Assembly: GCF_001194135.2 (NCBI RefSeq)
Contig: NC_069010.1
Location: forward strand, 9,200,055 to 9,248,395
Source: Octopus bimaculoides
Lineage: Eukaryota
Length of the DNA: 48,341 nt
Direction of reading: 5' to 3'
The translations under genes were made by a program, and so were the position numbers. The notes beneath the pieces were generated by a model, which was not told the DNA's origin, searched no databases, and was given only the letters and a program-made list of their open reading frames with translations. This document shows positions 25,992-40,197 of this stretch, one piece after another; within the stretch, counting starts at the first letter, position 1; each line of letters begins with the position of its first letter.

Positions 25992-28900
25992 CCGACTATT
26001 TCGCCAGGCTTGAATCAACCGAGAATATTGAGGAGAACAAGAAGAATCTTATGATTATTACTCAGAAGGTGTTCAATGCCATCGTTGGGTCTGCCTCCAG
26101 GTAAGATGCCATTTGTTCATCGTTCTTCCTTCTGAAATTTCTTCGACTTCTGCCTATAAGATAGACCCCTAAATATTTTCTTCAAAGGAAAGCAGTGAAT
26201 TTTTGCAGATAAGTTAGTCCTCTATGTATTTTCTTGAAACAAAATCATCAAATTTTACCAATAAGATAGTCCTATATTTTTATTTTCTTCAAATAACAAC
26301 TGGCTTCTTTTAGTCTCCATCTACCAGTTCCACTCACTAAGCTTTGCTCAGCTAGGGGCTGTGTGAGAAGACACTTTCCCAAGGTGCCATGCAGTGGGAT
26401 TGAACCTGAGACTACACAACTAGAAGGCAAGTGCTACTTACCCACACAACCATTTGGGTTTTGAACTTCAGGCTTAATAAACTATAAAAGAAGTTATATG
26501 TATACCTCAGAGTATTGACCAGGTCTATATTGAATGTTGTTATACATCACTGGTCATTGTTTTAGCTTTTGGATGACGCTGCACCCTACTGGCTAGGTGA
26601 GCAGGCCAACATCCAGCCTAGTCTCTTGTGGGGTTACTTATTTACAGCTAGGGGACTGGAGCACCATGGAATGAAGTGTTTTGCTCAAGAACACCATGTG
26701 CCACCCAGTCCTGAAATCAAACCAATGGGTGCAAGATTGTGGGTGCAACACCCTCATCAATAAGCCATGTACCTTCGAACACAGATTGGTAGATAGGTCT
26801 TTAGATATTTGAAAATGGTTGATGGCTACAGAGATCTCTGATGTTGGAATTTCACTGCAGCCATGTTTTATTTGGAGTAAAATCTAGCAAAATTCTTTCT
26901 CACAAGAAAGAAAAATGAATGAAAATGCATGTATCCCCTGTAAACAAAAGATTCATTCCCTGAAAACTATTAGAAACACTTGCCTCTGTGTGTGTAAAGT
27001 TTCACAAATAATCTCAAAATATCTCAGGCAAAAACTTTGTGATTTCTTGTTTTTAATGGAGAAAAATTGAATGAAAGCATTTCAGAGAATCAAAGATACC
27101 ACGTTGCAATGAAAGAAACTGAGGCTAAGAGTAAGAGAGAAAAAGTTATAAGGATCAAAAAGAATAAAAATGGTAAGCAAAGATGTAGAAAGAGGAAGAG
27201 CAAGACATGAAAAAATGTTATCTCAAAGTGAATTAAAATTGAATCTTCAATAATAAAAGAATCTAGAAGATCACATCTTAAACAAAAATATATTAAAATT
27301 AGAATTTCAAAGAATTTTCTAGACAGTGTAGCTTTAATAAATGCTTTCTATTACTAAAATTTACATATTTGTAACTAATTAATAAGCAGCTTTTGTTATT
27401 AGGGTATTGCTATTTGGTTTCATATCTGTCCATTTATCATCATCGATTTTATTGACTTTCATTTCAAGCGTTCAGCTTTTTTGTTCTGTTTTTTTTTTTT
27501 CTTCTTCTGCTTCTCTGTTGTGAAGTTGGTTATAATTTTTTGGAATGTTAATTTCATCTTCAGGAAATGAAGCATTTTGTTTGAAATATTTGCTTTGGCA
27601 CCACATTTCAGTTTCCTCTTGGACCATTGTCTTATTTCTGGGACCCAATTGGATTCAAAATATCAACTTTCTAAAGTTGATATTTCTAAACTAAATCTAG
27701 CCACACTTACCTCCCATGCCTTTATTATAACTTTTTGTTAAGGGATTGAAGTATTCTTTTAAATGCAATGCTTCTTTATTCACATTGTTTTGATATAATC
27801 ATGTATTATCTAAAAGCTTGTAGACTTTGAGATTTTCATGACCTGGCCTATGCTGGCGCCATGTAAAAAGCACTCTGTCCATTCTGTGGAGTAGTTAGGA
27901 AGGGTATCCAGCCATAAAAACCCTGCCTAAGCAGATAGCAAAGCATGGTGCAGTCTTCTGCCTAACCAGCACCTGTCAAAGCCATCCAACCCATGCCAGC
28001 ATGGAAAGCAGACATTAAATGATGATGACAATGAAATTGGTGATGTTAGTTTATTTTTAGAATGACATTGCAGGGTAGGTGTAAGAGGCTGGATCTGTTT
28101 AACTTGAAAATGAAAGAAATAGATTATTTGGGTCAGATATCTTGTTTCATTCTCATTATCCCTACTAAATGTGAGTAGCCAGAGGGAGCTCCTTTACAAT
28201 GTAAATCTGCTAACCCCAGCCTCTTTCCTCACGCCTTATCCCCAACTAACGCAAAGAAGCAGACCCCCACCAACTCCTGATTTCTAGAAATATGAGCTAC
28301 ATAGCAACCTCAACAGTGCAGCATGAAAAAGCACCCACCCAGTACTCTGTAATTTGCTTGGTATTAGGAAGGGCATCCAGCTGTAGAAACGATGCCAAAG
28401 CAGAGACTGGAGTACAATGCAGTCCTTGAACCAATCAGATCCCTGTTAAATTGTCCAACTTAACATGGAATATGGTCACTAAATGGTAAGGATGATAAGC
28501 AAACTACATTATGCCGACAGCAGTGATGGTGGTCTTAAATGGTTCAGTTAATAACTCTCATTTCTAATGTCTTTCAAGATTGTTTAAAGAATCCACTTTC
28601 GATTAAAGAAATCTTATTCCCTTTTGTCATTTACGATTTCCTTCCTCGTGTGCGATCTGTTACAATATATTTTTAAATGTTTCATTCCTGAATAAGCGAC
28701 TAACAGTCCGAAATATTGTCACTCACTGCAGACTTTCTCACTCTTTGTTACATGAACAGTTTTGTTTAAATAATTAATTTATGCACGTGTGTGTGTGTGT
28801 GTGTATCTAGATACATGTGAGTATATTATGTATCTATCCATGTATATATTTGTATGTGTGTGTGGGGGAGGATATTTGTTTATTTTCCATCAATTTATGC

Positions 28901-30267
28901 ATATGTCTATGATTCTCTGTTTCTGTATGTGTGTGTGTGTATGTGTGTATATAGATATATATTTATATATTTGTGCCTGGTGTGTATGTGTTTATGTGTA
29001 TAAATACATTTGTCTCTGACAGACAAAAGTTAACAACATTACTGTACTTTATTTTCCACAAATTTATGACCAGAGAAGATTTTTTACTGAAAGAACTGAC
29101 AGAGACATGCCAGGCTTATAGCATAAACCCCATTGGTATGTTGAACTGAGCAGAACCATTGAGAAATCTAGCCATGTTTGGATGTCTTTCTTCCTGTTTC
29201 ATTAATATCACATCAAAAATATAACCTCCAAGATATTGAGAAGTTCTTGAAGGCAGATTGCTTAAAAACCATTGTATTTATTCAGGTATAAGTCGCACCC
29301 CTAATTTGGTGTTAAATCTTGGTATAAACTTTTTCCCCCATCAAATTCAAACGTGATATTAGCTTTGCTCCATGTTAGAAATAGCAGCCAAATTTCCCTC
29401 AAACCACACTCTACTCTCTTATGTATGTATATATGTACGTATGAGCCAGTGAAGGAGACCTCTACATGGTAGCTAAACCTGGTAGAAATAGCAACTAAAT
29501 CTCCCTCAAATCACACCCTACTGTCTTGTGTATGTATATATGAGCCAATGAGGGAGACCTCTACATGGTAGCTAGACGTGGTAGAAATAGCAGCCAAATC
29601 TCCCTCAAATCACACCCTACTGGAAGGAAGACATTAAACGATGAGGTCACCATGTACCTTGCAAGCGAGAGTGGAGAAAGGGAAAACAATGGCTCACTCG
29701 ACTGAGTGGGAGTGTATTTAAGAGTGAAAGAAATGTGGCTTTATGCTGGATGTTGACCCTAAAGTATGATAGAGGGACAAGCATAGGTGTCTTGCTATAG
29801 ATGAGAAATTTGGTACAATATCAGTATTTACAGGAGAAATATATTTGGAGAGCTTCTTGAAAAACTAGACAGTAAACTGTGGAAAATACAGCACAATCAT
29901 GGCCTTAAACACTAAACACGCACAAGAGTATGGAAATGTATGTGTAAATTCATGTATGTATTGTAATTATAACAATATGTTTACTTATAGGAATATAGGT
30001 ACACTGAAAGGTCAGAGTGTGTGTGTGTGTGTGTGTATAATTATAACCAAGGAGAATGGAGTGAGCAAGTCTTTTTATTCCATTGATTTACAATTACTTC
30101 ATCAAGCATTGATCTCACGAGCATTACTTTATTATATATATATATATGTGTGTGTGTGTGTATGCAGGATTGCCCAAATGTCACAAAGATGTTACTAATT
30201 AATTTATTCTCTGTTTGAAATTTATGACACCTTAGCCCCAGATCCTGTATATACATGTGTGTATATT

Positions 30268-30300
<33 letters not shown>

Positions 30301-31707
30301 CAGGTGTGAAAATTCACATCATGTAAATTACAAATAACAAAAAATGTAATCAAAGCATATTAAAGTTTCAGACCCCTTTGAAACTTTTGGGTTGTCCCTA
30401 TATATATTACATACATACATATNNNNNNNNNNNNNNNNNNNNNNNNNNNNNNNNNNNNNNNNNNNNNNNNNNNNNNNNNNNNNNNNNNNNNNNNNNNNNN
30501 NNNNNNNNNNNNNNNNNNNNNNNNNNNNNNNNNNNNNNNNNNNNNNNNNNNNNNNNNNNNNNNNNNNNNNNNNNNNNNNNNNNNNNNNNNNNNNNNNNNN
30601 NNNNNNNNNNNNNNNNNNNNNNNNNNNNNNNNNNNNNNNNNNNNNNNNNNNNNNNNNNNNNNNNNNNNNNNNNNNNNNNNNNNNNNNNNNNNNNNNNNNN
30701 NNNNNNNNNNNNNNNNNNNNNNNNNNNNNNAAATTATTATGTATAATTAACCCTTTAAATGCTGTAATTCAGTTTATTTATTTATACTATTCCTTAGCTC
30801 CTAAGGGGCCTCTGATTATGTTTCTTTTGTTGTGTTCAAGTATCTAACTGGTGCTCTTTGGTTACGGCAATGAGGGTTCCAGTGTGGCAGCAAGCTGGCT
30901 GAAACGTTAGCACACCAGCTGAAATGTTTAGTGGTATTTCGTCCTTCTTTATGTTCTGAGTTCAAATTCCGCCGAGGTCGATTTTGCCTTTCATCCTTTC
31001 GGGGTCAATAAATTAAGTACCAGTTGCATACTGGGGTCGATCTAATCTATTGGCCCTCTTCCCCAAAATTTCGAGCCTTATGCCTAGAGTAGAAAACAAT
31101 GAGTGTTCCAGTGTGTAACTGGTACTTGTTTAATCGACCCCGAAAGGATGTAAAGCAAAGTCAATCTTGGTGGAATTCGAACTCAGAACATTGTACTGCT
31201 AAGCATCTCGCCCAACGTGTTAACAATTCCGCCATCTCGCTGCCCTAATATGGAAGTATATTAACAAAAGAAACACACAAGGTTTTATAATATTATTTAT
31301 ACTAAATTTAAAATCTGTGTCCCCAAAATGGGACACTGGCACCTAAAGGATTAATAATTTTTATTTCAAGAAATATCTTTCTTCAAATATTGTAATTGCA
31401 TCAAATATTTTTTGCCAAAGGTCTTTTAAATATATATATAAAGTGGGGGGAGGGCAAAAGTAGGCCTACAGTTGCTTCATGGGAGTGCAATGGTCTTTTC
31501 ATATCTGTGTTTCTGTTTTTTAAGCTAAAGTGATTCATAAGTTTGACTGAGGGATCCATGGGAGATGCCTAGGTCATTAGAAGACCCCCCCCTTTTTTTT
31601 TTGATTTCTGGGGATTTAGAGTGAATAAGCAACTGTATACCTACTTTTGCCCAATCCTGTACATGTCTATGTGTATATATGTATATACATATGTGTGTGT
31701 ATGTATG

Positions 31708-31753
<46 letters not shown>

Positions 31754-32021
31754 CACACGTGCATACACGCATATATATAAAATTGCATAAGAAAATTCTT
31801 AACCAATAACATCTTGTCAATTGTTTGTATTGTATGTGTGTGTGAGTAAATATGTTTGGTGAAGTGTCAGCGTGTATATGTATATTGTGTCTATATATGT
31901 ATATAAAAGTGTGTTTACATATGTCAGTGTATGTGTATATATATGTTTATATTTGTATATATCTATGTATGTGTGTAGGTATGTGTATGTATGTATGTAT
32001 GAGTGTGTGCATGTGTATGTG

Positions 32022-32073
<52 letters not shown>

Positions 32074-33303
32074 TACACACACATACATACAAGGTGATAT
32101 CAAATATTCCTGGACTAATTATACTTAAATAATAACTTCTTGACCTAAGTTTTAACCTCATCTCCTTTGAAATGGTCAGCTTCCGCAGCAATACCACAGG
32201 TCCCAGTGTTCCTGCCTTTTTTGGAATCCAGCCTGGAAGTCGATGACCTTCTATGATTCACTCTGGATCTCGACAACAAGTGTTAAAACAGCAACCTTTG
32301 AGCTACATTTTCATCTTGAGGGAGAGATGGAAGTGCACAGGTGCTAAATCTGACGAATAGGGCAGGTACAGAAGTGATACCATGTTGGTCCTGATGAGAT
32401 ACTGCTTTTGAGGCACCTGTGTCATACGAAACATCGACCCATTGTTTGTTGCTATAACTTGCCAAAGTGTGCTCAATGTCTCTGTAGCAGATTTCCCAAG
32501 TTGAACACAAAATTCCATGTTGGCTTTTTTCTTCCAACTTCCTGTCCATGACAAATGTTGCAGACTACAACAAACACGTGATCACAAAGACACAAATTTC
32601 ACAACTTGTGAAGTAAACACAGCAATGTCACTTGGCACACTGGCCCATAGAGGTCACTGCTAGCTCTCACTGCACACGCATGCAAACTGTGTGCTGCCCT
32701 CTGTTGACACCCTACAGAACTAGTCCAGGAACTTTTTTGATACCACCGTATATATAGAGGGTTATTCAAAGAAAAATAAACCGATTTCATTAAACAATAT
32801 TTTAATAATGGAAAGCAATAGAAAGCTCCAGCTTGGTCGCAAGTATTTACTCACAATCCACTTTTATTTCCTGTCTTACAAGTATTCAATGTGGCCACCA
32901 CCTGTAGCATGGGCAACATCAATGCAAAAAGAGAATTCCTCCCAGACACGTAGCAGCATATCACGAGCCACCGAGGACTTCTTTGGCCGTCTGGTCGAAT
33001 GCTTTATCCAAGTTTTTCCATTTCCCTTCTATTTCAATATCTTCTGGAATCGTCTCAAGCAAAGCAAATTTATTCTTTAGTTCCATAAAGAACTTGCTTT
33101 TGATATGCTGCTATGTGTCTGGGAGGAATTGTCTTATCACATTGATGTTGCCCGTGCTGCAGGTGGTGGCCACATTGGATACTTGTAGGACAGGAAATAA
33201 AAGTGGATTGTGAGTAAATACTCGTGACTTAGCTGGAGTTCTCTATTGCTTTTCCTTATTAAAATATTGCGTAAAGAAACCGGTTCATTCTTTTTAATAA
33301 CCC

Positions 33304-33350
<47 letters not shown>

Positions 33351-34039
33351 NNNNNNNNNNNNNNNNNNNNNNNNNNNNNNNNNNNNNNNNNNNNNNNNNN
33401 NNNNNNNNNNNNNNNNNNNNNNNNNNNNNNNNNNNNNNNNNNNNNNNNNNNNNNNNNNNNNNNNNNNNNNNATTTGATATAAGCCAACAATGTATAATCT
33501 CTTTCCTCTTCTCTCTTCTGTCTCTCCTTGTACCCCCCCCCCTCGGCCTCTTTCATTTACCGACCCTAAGCAGCCCCAAGAACATTGTTGTTTTTGTTTA
33601 CTGTTATGATCATTGTTGTTGTTCTGACATTTATTGTTTTGTAGTCCTTGAGTGCCCATGTGGCAAATAAATTACATAAATCTCCTCCTCCTCATCATCG
33701 TCATCATCATCGTCATCGTCATCCCTCTCCATTATTATTTGAGGCTGGATATTAGCCAGAGAAGTGAGGAGACTGGAAGACCAAGACGACAATTATTCCT
33801 TTGGTGATTGGTGCACTTGGCACAACAAATGAAAAGACTGGAATTGAGTCTTGCATTGTTGACCTGCAGGAAAGGGACCATTTTATATTCTGAAAGTGGT
33901 ACTTAATTTATTGACCCTGAAAGGATGAAAAGCAAAGTCAACCTCGGTGGAATTTGAACTCAGAACGTAAAGACAGATAAAATACCGCTAACGTGTGCCC
34001 ACGTTTCTGCCAGCTCATCACCTTAATAATAATAATAAT

Positions 34040-34073
<34 letters not shown>

Positions 34074-34254
34074 TGTTATGTAATAAAATCCAGATTGATT
34101 TAGTTTATTCAACGGAATAATATTTTAAGTGTATGTCTGTCTTCTTTTCGAGTTCAAAGTGAAAAAAATTTAGAGAAATTCAAAAATTTCAACTCAGAAG
34201 AAGTAAAAGAGTGATATTTCATAATAATAATAATAATGTTACGTAGTTTATTCA

Positions 34255-34290
<36 letters not shown>

Positions 34291-36477
34291 CCTTCTGGAA
34301 GTTCTTCACTGACCCAATCTGTTACTAACTTCACTTATTTCCTTTCTTTTCACACATATTTTGTACCAATGCCTCCCCACCTATCCTTGCTCTTTTTCTC
34401 TTCTTGATCTCCACACCGGTTTCGGTTCTGAAATCATCTGCATGTGTGTGTCACTGTCAAGTTTTTATGTGTATATCTGTCTACATCTATCAATGTCTCT
34501 CTGTCTGTAAATATATACAAATGCAAGGGACAATCTCTCTTACCATCTCGCAGCACACCCTATCTGGTTTCTGTGACTGAAGAGGAGATAACCACTCCGA
34601 AATGCTTGCATCTCAGTGTGGGTAGATGGTGCCACGAGTCGAATTTTGGTGTATTTACACCATTTGTCCACAGCAAGAAATTTTCTCCATCAAAAGACAC
34701 TACAAATGACTTTCTCGTATATATATATATAGGTGCAGGCAAGGCTGGGTTGTCAAGAAGATCACTTTGTAGCCACAGAGTTTTGGGTTCAGTCCCACTA
34801 CATGGCACCTTGGTCAAGTGCTTTCTACCATAGTTCTGGGCTGACCAATGTCTTCTGAATGAATTTGGTTGACAGAATCTATGCAGAAGGCTGTTCTCTG
34901 TGTGTGTGTGTGCATGTGTGCATCCGTGTGTGTTTGTGTTTGTTTCCCCACCCCCACAGCTTGGACAACTGGTGTTGATTTATGTTCCCGTAACGTAGCA
35001 GTTTGGCAAAAGCAACCGATAAAATAAGTACTGGGTTTGTTTTCTTTTTGACTAAAAAACCCTTCTTCAAATACATCTGGGTTCTAGAGTCCTGATAAGC
35101 TGTTGATAAACTATCCCCCCCCCCTCTCTCTCACTCTCTTTCGCGCTCTCTTCTATCTCTCTCTCTTCTCTTTATCTCATTATCATCTTTCTTTATGTAA
35201 ATCTACACAAGATGTTTCCCTGCTTCTTTCTCTCTTCAATCCATTTCTTCACTCACTATAAATTGTTTTAATCTTTACACTTTCTCTGTCCCTGCCCCCT
35301 TCTGCTGCCCTGTCCAGACTATAACCCTTATAAACAGTTCATAGAATTTAAAAATCATTCTATAATTACCATGAGCTCTTACTCTTCAAACAGATTCTAA
35401 AGACATCATATTTTCTTTTACTCTTTGTCAAAAGACAAACAGACATTTGTCCCTTTGCCTGTCTTGTGTATCCCTTGTGAACATATTTCCATGGCACCCA
35501 CACAGAAACACATTCCCAATGTTCTTCAACCATTTGGGACTTATCAAAGAAAAGCTTTATATTACTTCGAATGTATGAAACAAGAGTTAACTGAACGTCT
35601 AGAAAGAAGCATGTTTAGGACAGACTTATGGAAAGGTTTTGTTCAGTTAAAAAGGTTTAATGTCTGAGGCTATAGTAGAAGACGCCTACCCAAAGTTTCA
35701 TGCAGTGGGACTGAACCTGGAACCATGTGGCTGGAAAGCAAATTTCTTACCACACAGCCATGCCTGCACCTACGAAAATAATGTCTTTGACAGTCAAAAG
35801 AGTGGAACACTTTTCTCTTTGCAGAAATTTGCTCCATTCAACCTTTTTGCTTTTATAGTTTTTGCTGTTGACTTATTTCTTGTGACATGAGAGAATGAAG
35901 AAAAGATATCTCTGTGAGAGACCCCCATTAAGACAGGACTAAGTCCTCCACCACCCCTGACCTTTGACCTCTGTCTTGCTCTCGTCTTGTCTGTGAACAT
36001 CTGGAGTATCTTGAGAACATCTGGAGTGTCTTGTTTAAACTCTTTCAAATTGATTCTGTAAAACTTGTTTCCTTTCAGCTCTTTCAAAATTATACTTTTG
36101 TTTCAACTACTTTCTCTCTTCCTTCCTTCCATCCTTCTTTCCTCACTTTCTTTCTGCACCCCCCTCTCTCTTCTCTATCTTACATAAACTTCTCTCCTTC
36201 CTCTCACCCACAAACTCTTCCTCTTTCTCTCTATCCTCTCTCCCTCTCACACCTCTCTCTCTCTCTCTCTCTTTCTTGTATGTATATCAACCCCGCCATA
36301 TCTATTTCACCAGATTTCCCCCCAAGCTGTGTACAATGTGTAACTGTCTCCACTGCGCCATCAGTCTTCGTTTTCCCCCCGACAGCATTCTGGCCACTGG
36401 CACCGTCATCTTCCTGCGGTTTTTCAACCCAGCATTAGGTAAAACTTCTGTCCTCCTCATATACATATACATATATA

Positions 36478-36558
<81 letters not shown>

Positions 36559-37258
36559 TGCCATAATAATAATAATAATAACTGATAAGATGAGGTAAAA
36601 AAAAATCTTTTAAAAAACACAAACAACCTCCCACTCATTCCATGCCCTTTATATATAGACTTTCTATTTCCCCCCTCTCTTCTGCTCCACCCCCACTTCT
36701 CACTAACCCCTCCCTACTCCTGACCTCGCCCCCTGCTGCTATCTCTGCTCCTCCCCTTTCTGCACTCCCTTTTCTAACAAGCTGCCAACAGAGTCGGACA
36801 AAATGTTTAGCACCATTTCTTCCAGCCCTTCATGTTCTGAGCTCAAATGCCACTCGGGGTGGGTGGGGTAATTTTTGCCTTTCGTCCTCTTTCGGGTATC
36901 AGTGAGAGATATAAGGACCTGTCAAGTATTGGGGTTGGGGGTACAATGTTATCGTCTTGTCCTCTTTTCCCTCAAAATCACAAACCCTTCATCCTTGTTC
37001 TTCCAAGGACTTTGTAAACCCATCTAAATGTGATAACTTCCTCTGCTGACCCTCATCAGCTCACAATCGTTATGCATAGTAGTTTCCATGCAATTTATAA
37101 CTGCAACCATCTTTTTAAAAATATAATTTAGGTCCTTCATTCTGACCACGAGTACTTTCTTTAGGGTTTCTTGCTAGGCCAGCCATCAGCCGGATTCCTT
37201 TAGTCACCATCTGACAAGGCAACTGGAAACACACATAATCAACCACAAGAAGGCGACC

Positions 37259-37294
<36 letters not shown>

Positions 37295-37604
37295 TCACCA
37301 CCGCTGCCACCATCTAGTGATGGTGGTGGGGGTTAAGTCTATGATCTTCTCGCATCTGTTGTTGCTTCTGGTGCTGCTGCCAATGTTGTACAACTGCTCC
37401 CATCTCCATAGTTACACAATTACCCCCTTCCGTCTCCACCCTCGTTCCTTCCGTTTGCAGAAGAAACGGTTCTTGTTGTTGTTGTTGTTGCTGTTCTTCG
37501 TGTTTGCTTTTGTTTGTTTTCTTTCTCGTTTCTTTGCTTTTGTTGTTGTTGTTGTTGATTGATTTCCTGTAGGCACATACTCGCTTTTGAAATATATACA
37601 CTTA

Positions 37605-37667
<63 letters not shown>

Positions 37668-38692
37668 ATGTATACACATACACACACACACACATACATA
37701 TATATATATACATACATATGCGCACACACACATATATAAAATGGTGTATTAGCTACAGTAGTATATGAAACTTTGATTTACTGACATTGTCAGCTTCCAG
37801 AAAAGGTAGAACAATCGCTTGGCAATAATTGGATCCAATTCAAAATACGGGGTGATTAAACTCGAGACTCGAGAATCCCCTAGTGACAAGGGAACAGATA
37901 TATGCACATGTTTCTACCTCGATGAATACCATCAGCACAGCTCTTACCCGACTTTATCTCCTGCAGAATTAGACACACAGATATGATAGAATTAGTAGAA
38001 ATCTACTCACAGGCATGTGTGTATAACTTATATACATGTATAAATCTTATGCTTGTTTCAATCATTGGACTGCGGTCATGCTGAGGTACAGCCTTGAAGG
38101 GTTTATAGTCAAACAAATTAACCGAATCAACCCCAGTTTGGTACTTCTCCTATCACTTTCTTTTGCTGAACTACTAAGCTATGAGGATGTAAACAAACCA
38201 ACACCATTTGTCAACCAGTAGTCATGAACAAATACACATCCACTGGCCCGTCCCCCCCCCCTCCACATACATATACACATATATGTAATGCATGTGTGCA
38301 ATTTTATTTGTGTGTGTGTGTATTATGAAGGGCAGCATGCAGTCATACAAGACCACTACTAGCACTGGGGGTCAGCACAGCCCACCAGATCCGGCCAAAC
38401 TGTCCAACCCATGTCACCTCTAGAAATGGACGTTAGATGATAATGGTCATTTTATCCTTCCATATTTATTTATATATATCTCATCATCATCATGTAACGT
38501 CCACCTTCGATGCTGGCATGGGTCAGACAGTTTGAGCAGAGCTGGTGAGCCAGAAGACTTCCCCCACACCCCAGTATCTGTTTTGGCCCTTCCTAACACC
38601 AACCACTCCACAGAGTGGAGCGAGTACTCTTTACGTGGCACCAGCAGGGTCACCAAGTATGTAGATGTATGTATTCATACATATATGTATAT

Positions 38693-38726
<34 letters not shown>

Positions 38727-39977
38727 TCCTAACCACTGCCTCCCCCCCCACTGTTTGGCTGACTCCATCATTAAGTTTTGGGAGATTTCCATTGGTTTGT
38801 TGTGTTTGTATTTTCATTTCTTTGTTTTGTTTTTTTTGTTTCGTTCTTTCCAGTTTCTGATATTTTCTTCTTTTCTTTTTACTTGTTTTGTCATAAATTA
38901 TTATTTTTTGCTTGTCAGTTTAATTCTCTGTGTTACCTGTTACGGTGGTGGTGGTGATGTTGGGTGGTGGTGGTCAAAGACACACAGACAGACAAAGAAA
39001 CAGATTGTGATCCAATCATCTCTGTTGGTTGATGGATACTGTAAAAGACAGACAGGTAATAGAAAGACAGATGCTATGGCTGTGTGTGTATGTGTTTATT
39101 TATATACACACATACACACACACACGCACAGATTGATGGCAAGACAGATACATGGAGGATGTAACGGCTAGAAAGACATGCTATGGTGAGTGTGTGTGCA
39201 TGTGTTTCTCTCTCTCTCTATATATATATATATATTAATCAAAGTGTACAGCATTACATATCCGTTATGGCTGATCTTACCGATTGGAGTTCAACAGAGT
39301 GTAGGTAACAGTCTGATTATGTAACCCTGCACTCATTAGAGGTAGCCATTATGGAATCCTGATGGCTTATGGACTCTTAGACAGCTTACACACACACACA
39401 CACTCATATATTTGGGTGCAGGATGGCTGTGTGGTAAGAAGTTTGTTTCCCAACCACACAGTTCCAGGTTCAGTCCCACTGTGTGGCACCTTGCGGAAGT
39501 GTCTTTTACTGCCGCCTCAGTCCGACCAATACCTTGTGAGTGGATTTGGTAGACAGAAATTGAAGAAAAGCTTGTGTGTGAGTTTGTGTGTGTTTGTCTC
39601 CCACTTCTATTTAATAACTGGTGTTGGTGTGTTTATGTCCCCAGCATGGCTGCAGTCTAATGACTGAAACTAGTAAAAGATAAAAGTTTTATGTGTGTGT
39701 GTGTGTGTATGTATATATATGTATATACACACACATATATACAGGGAGAGGCAGACAGACAATAGAGAGACAGAAAGACAAATAGATGTTTTTTTAAAAT
39801 TTTTTGAAAATATTTTTTCTTCATTTTAAATTTTATTGAATATTTTTTTGCATGTTTTGTTGTTTGTTTCTAGTTTTTTTTTTCTTTTGCTTCTGAATCT
39901 CTCTGGCCCCTACCCCCATCCACTTATTTTCTCTCTCCATCTCTTTTCCTCCCCCCTCTTTCCCATTGTTAGCCACT

Positions 39978-40048
<71 letters not shown>

Positions 40049-40165
40049 TTTTACTGCTGATAGGTGTTGTTGTTGTTGTTGTCTGCTCGTGTATGTTGTT
40101 GCCATTGTTGTTGTGATTGTTGGTAATGTACCTTGTCTGTCTGTTTGTCCGACTGCCTGTCTGTT

Positions 40166-40197
<32 letters not shown>

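Noticed and set aside
27658-27685. 13-bp perfect hairpin aaatatcaacttt-ct-aaagttgatattt
   Set aside because: Short and AT-rich, plausible by chance or as a transposon relic; no link to function.
35425-35667. 80-aa non-repetitive-looking ORF upstream of exon A
   Set aside because: It starts at TTG, has no recognisable homology and no compatible splice sites; not a third copy of exon A or B.
36695-36790. Branch-point consensus cactaac plus a long pyrimidine tract downstream of exon A
   Set aside because: It is about 260 nt from the exon A donor, too far for steric mutual exclusion. The following AG leads into SINE sequence with no open compatible exon.
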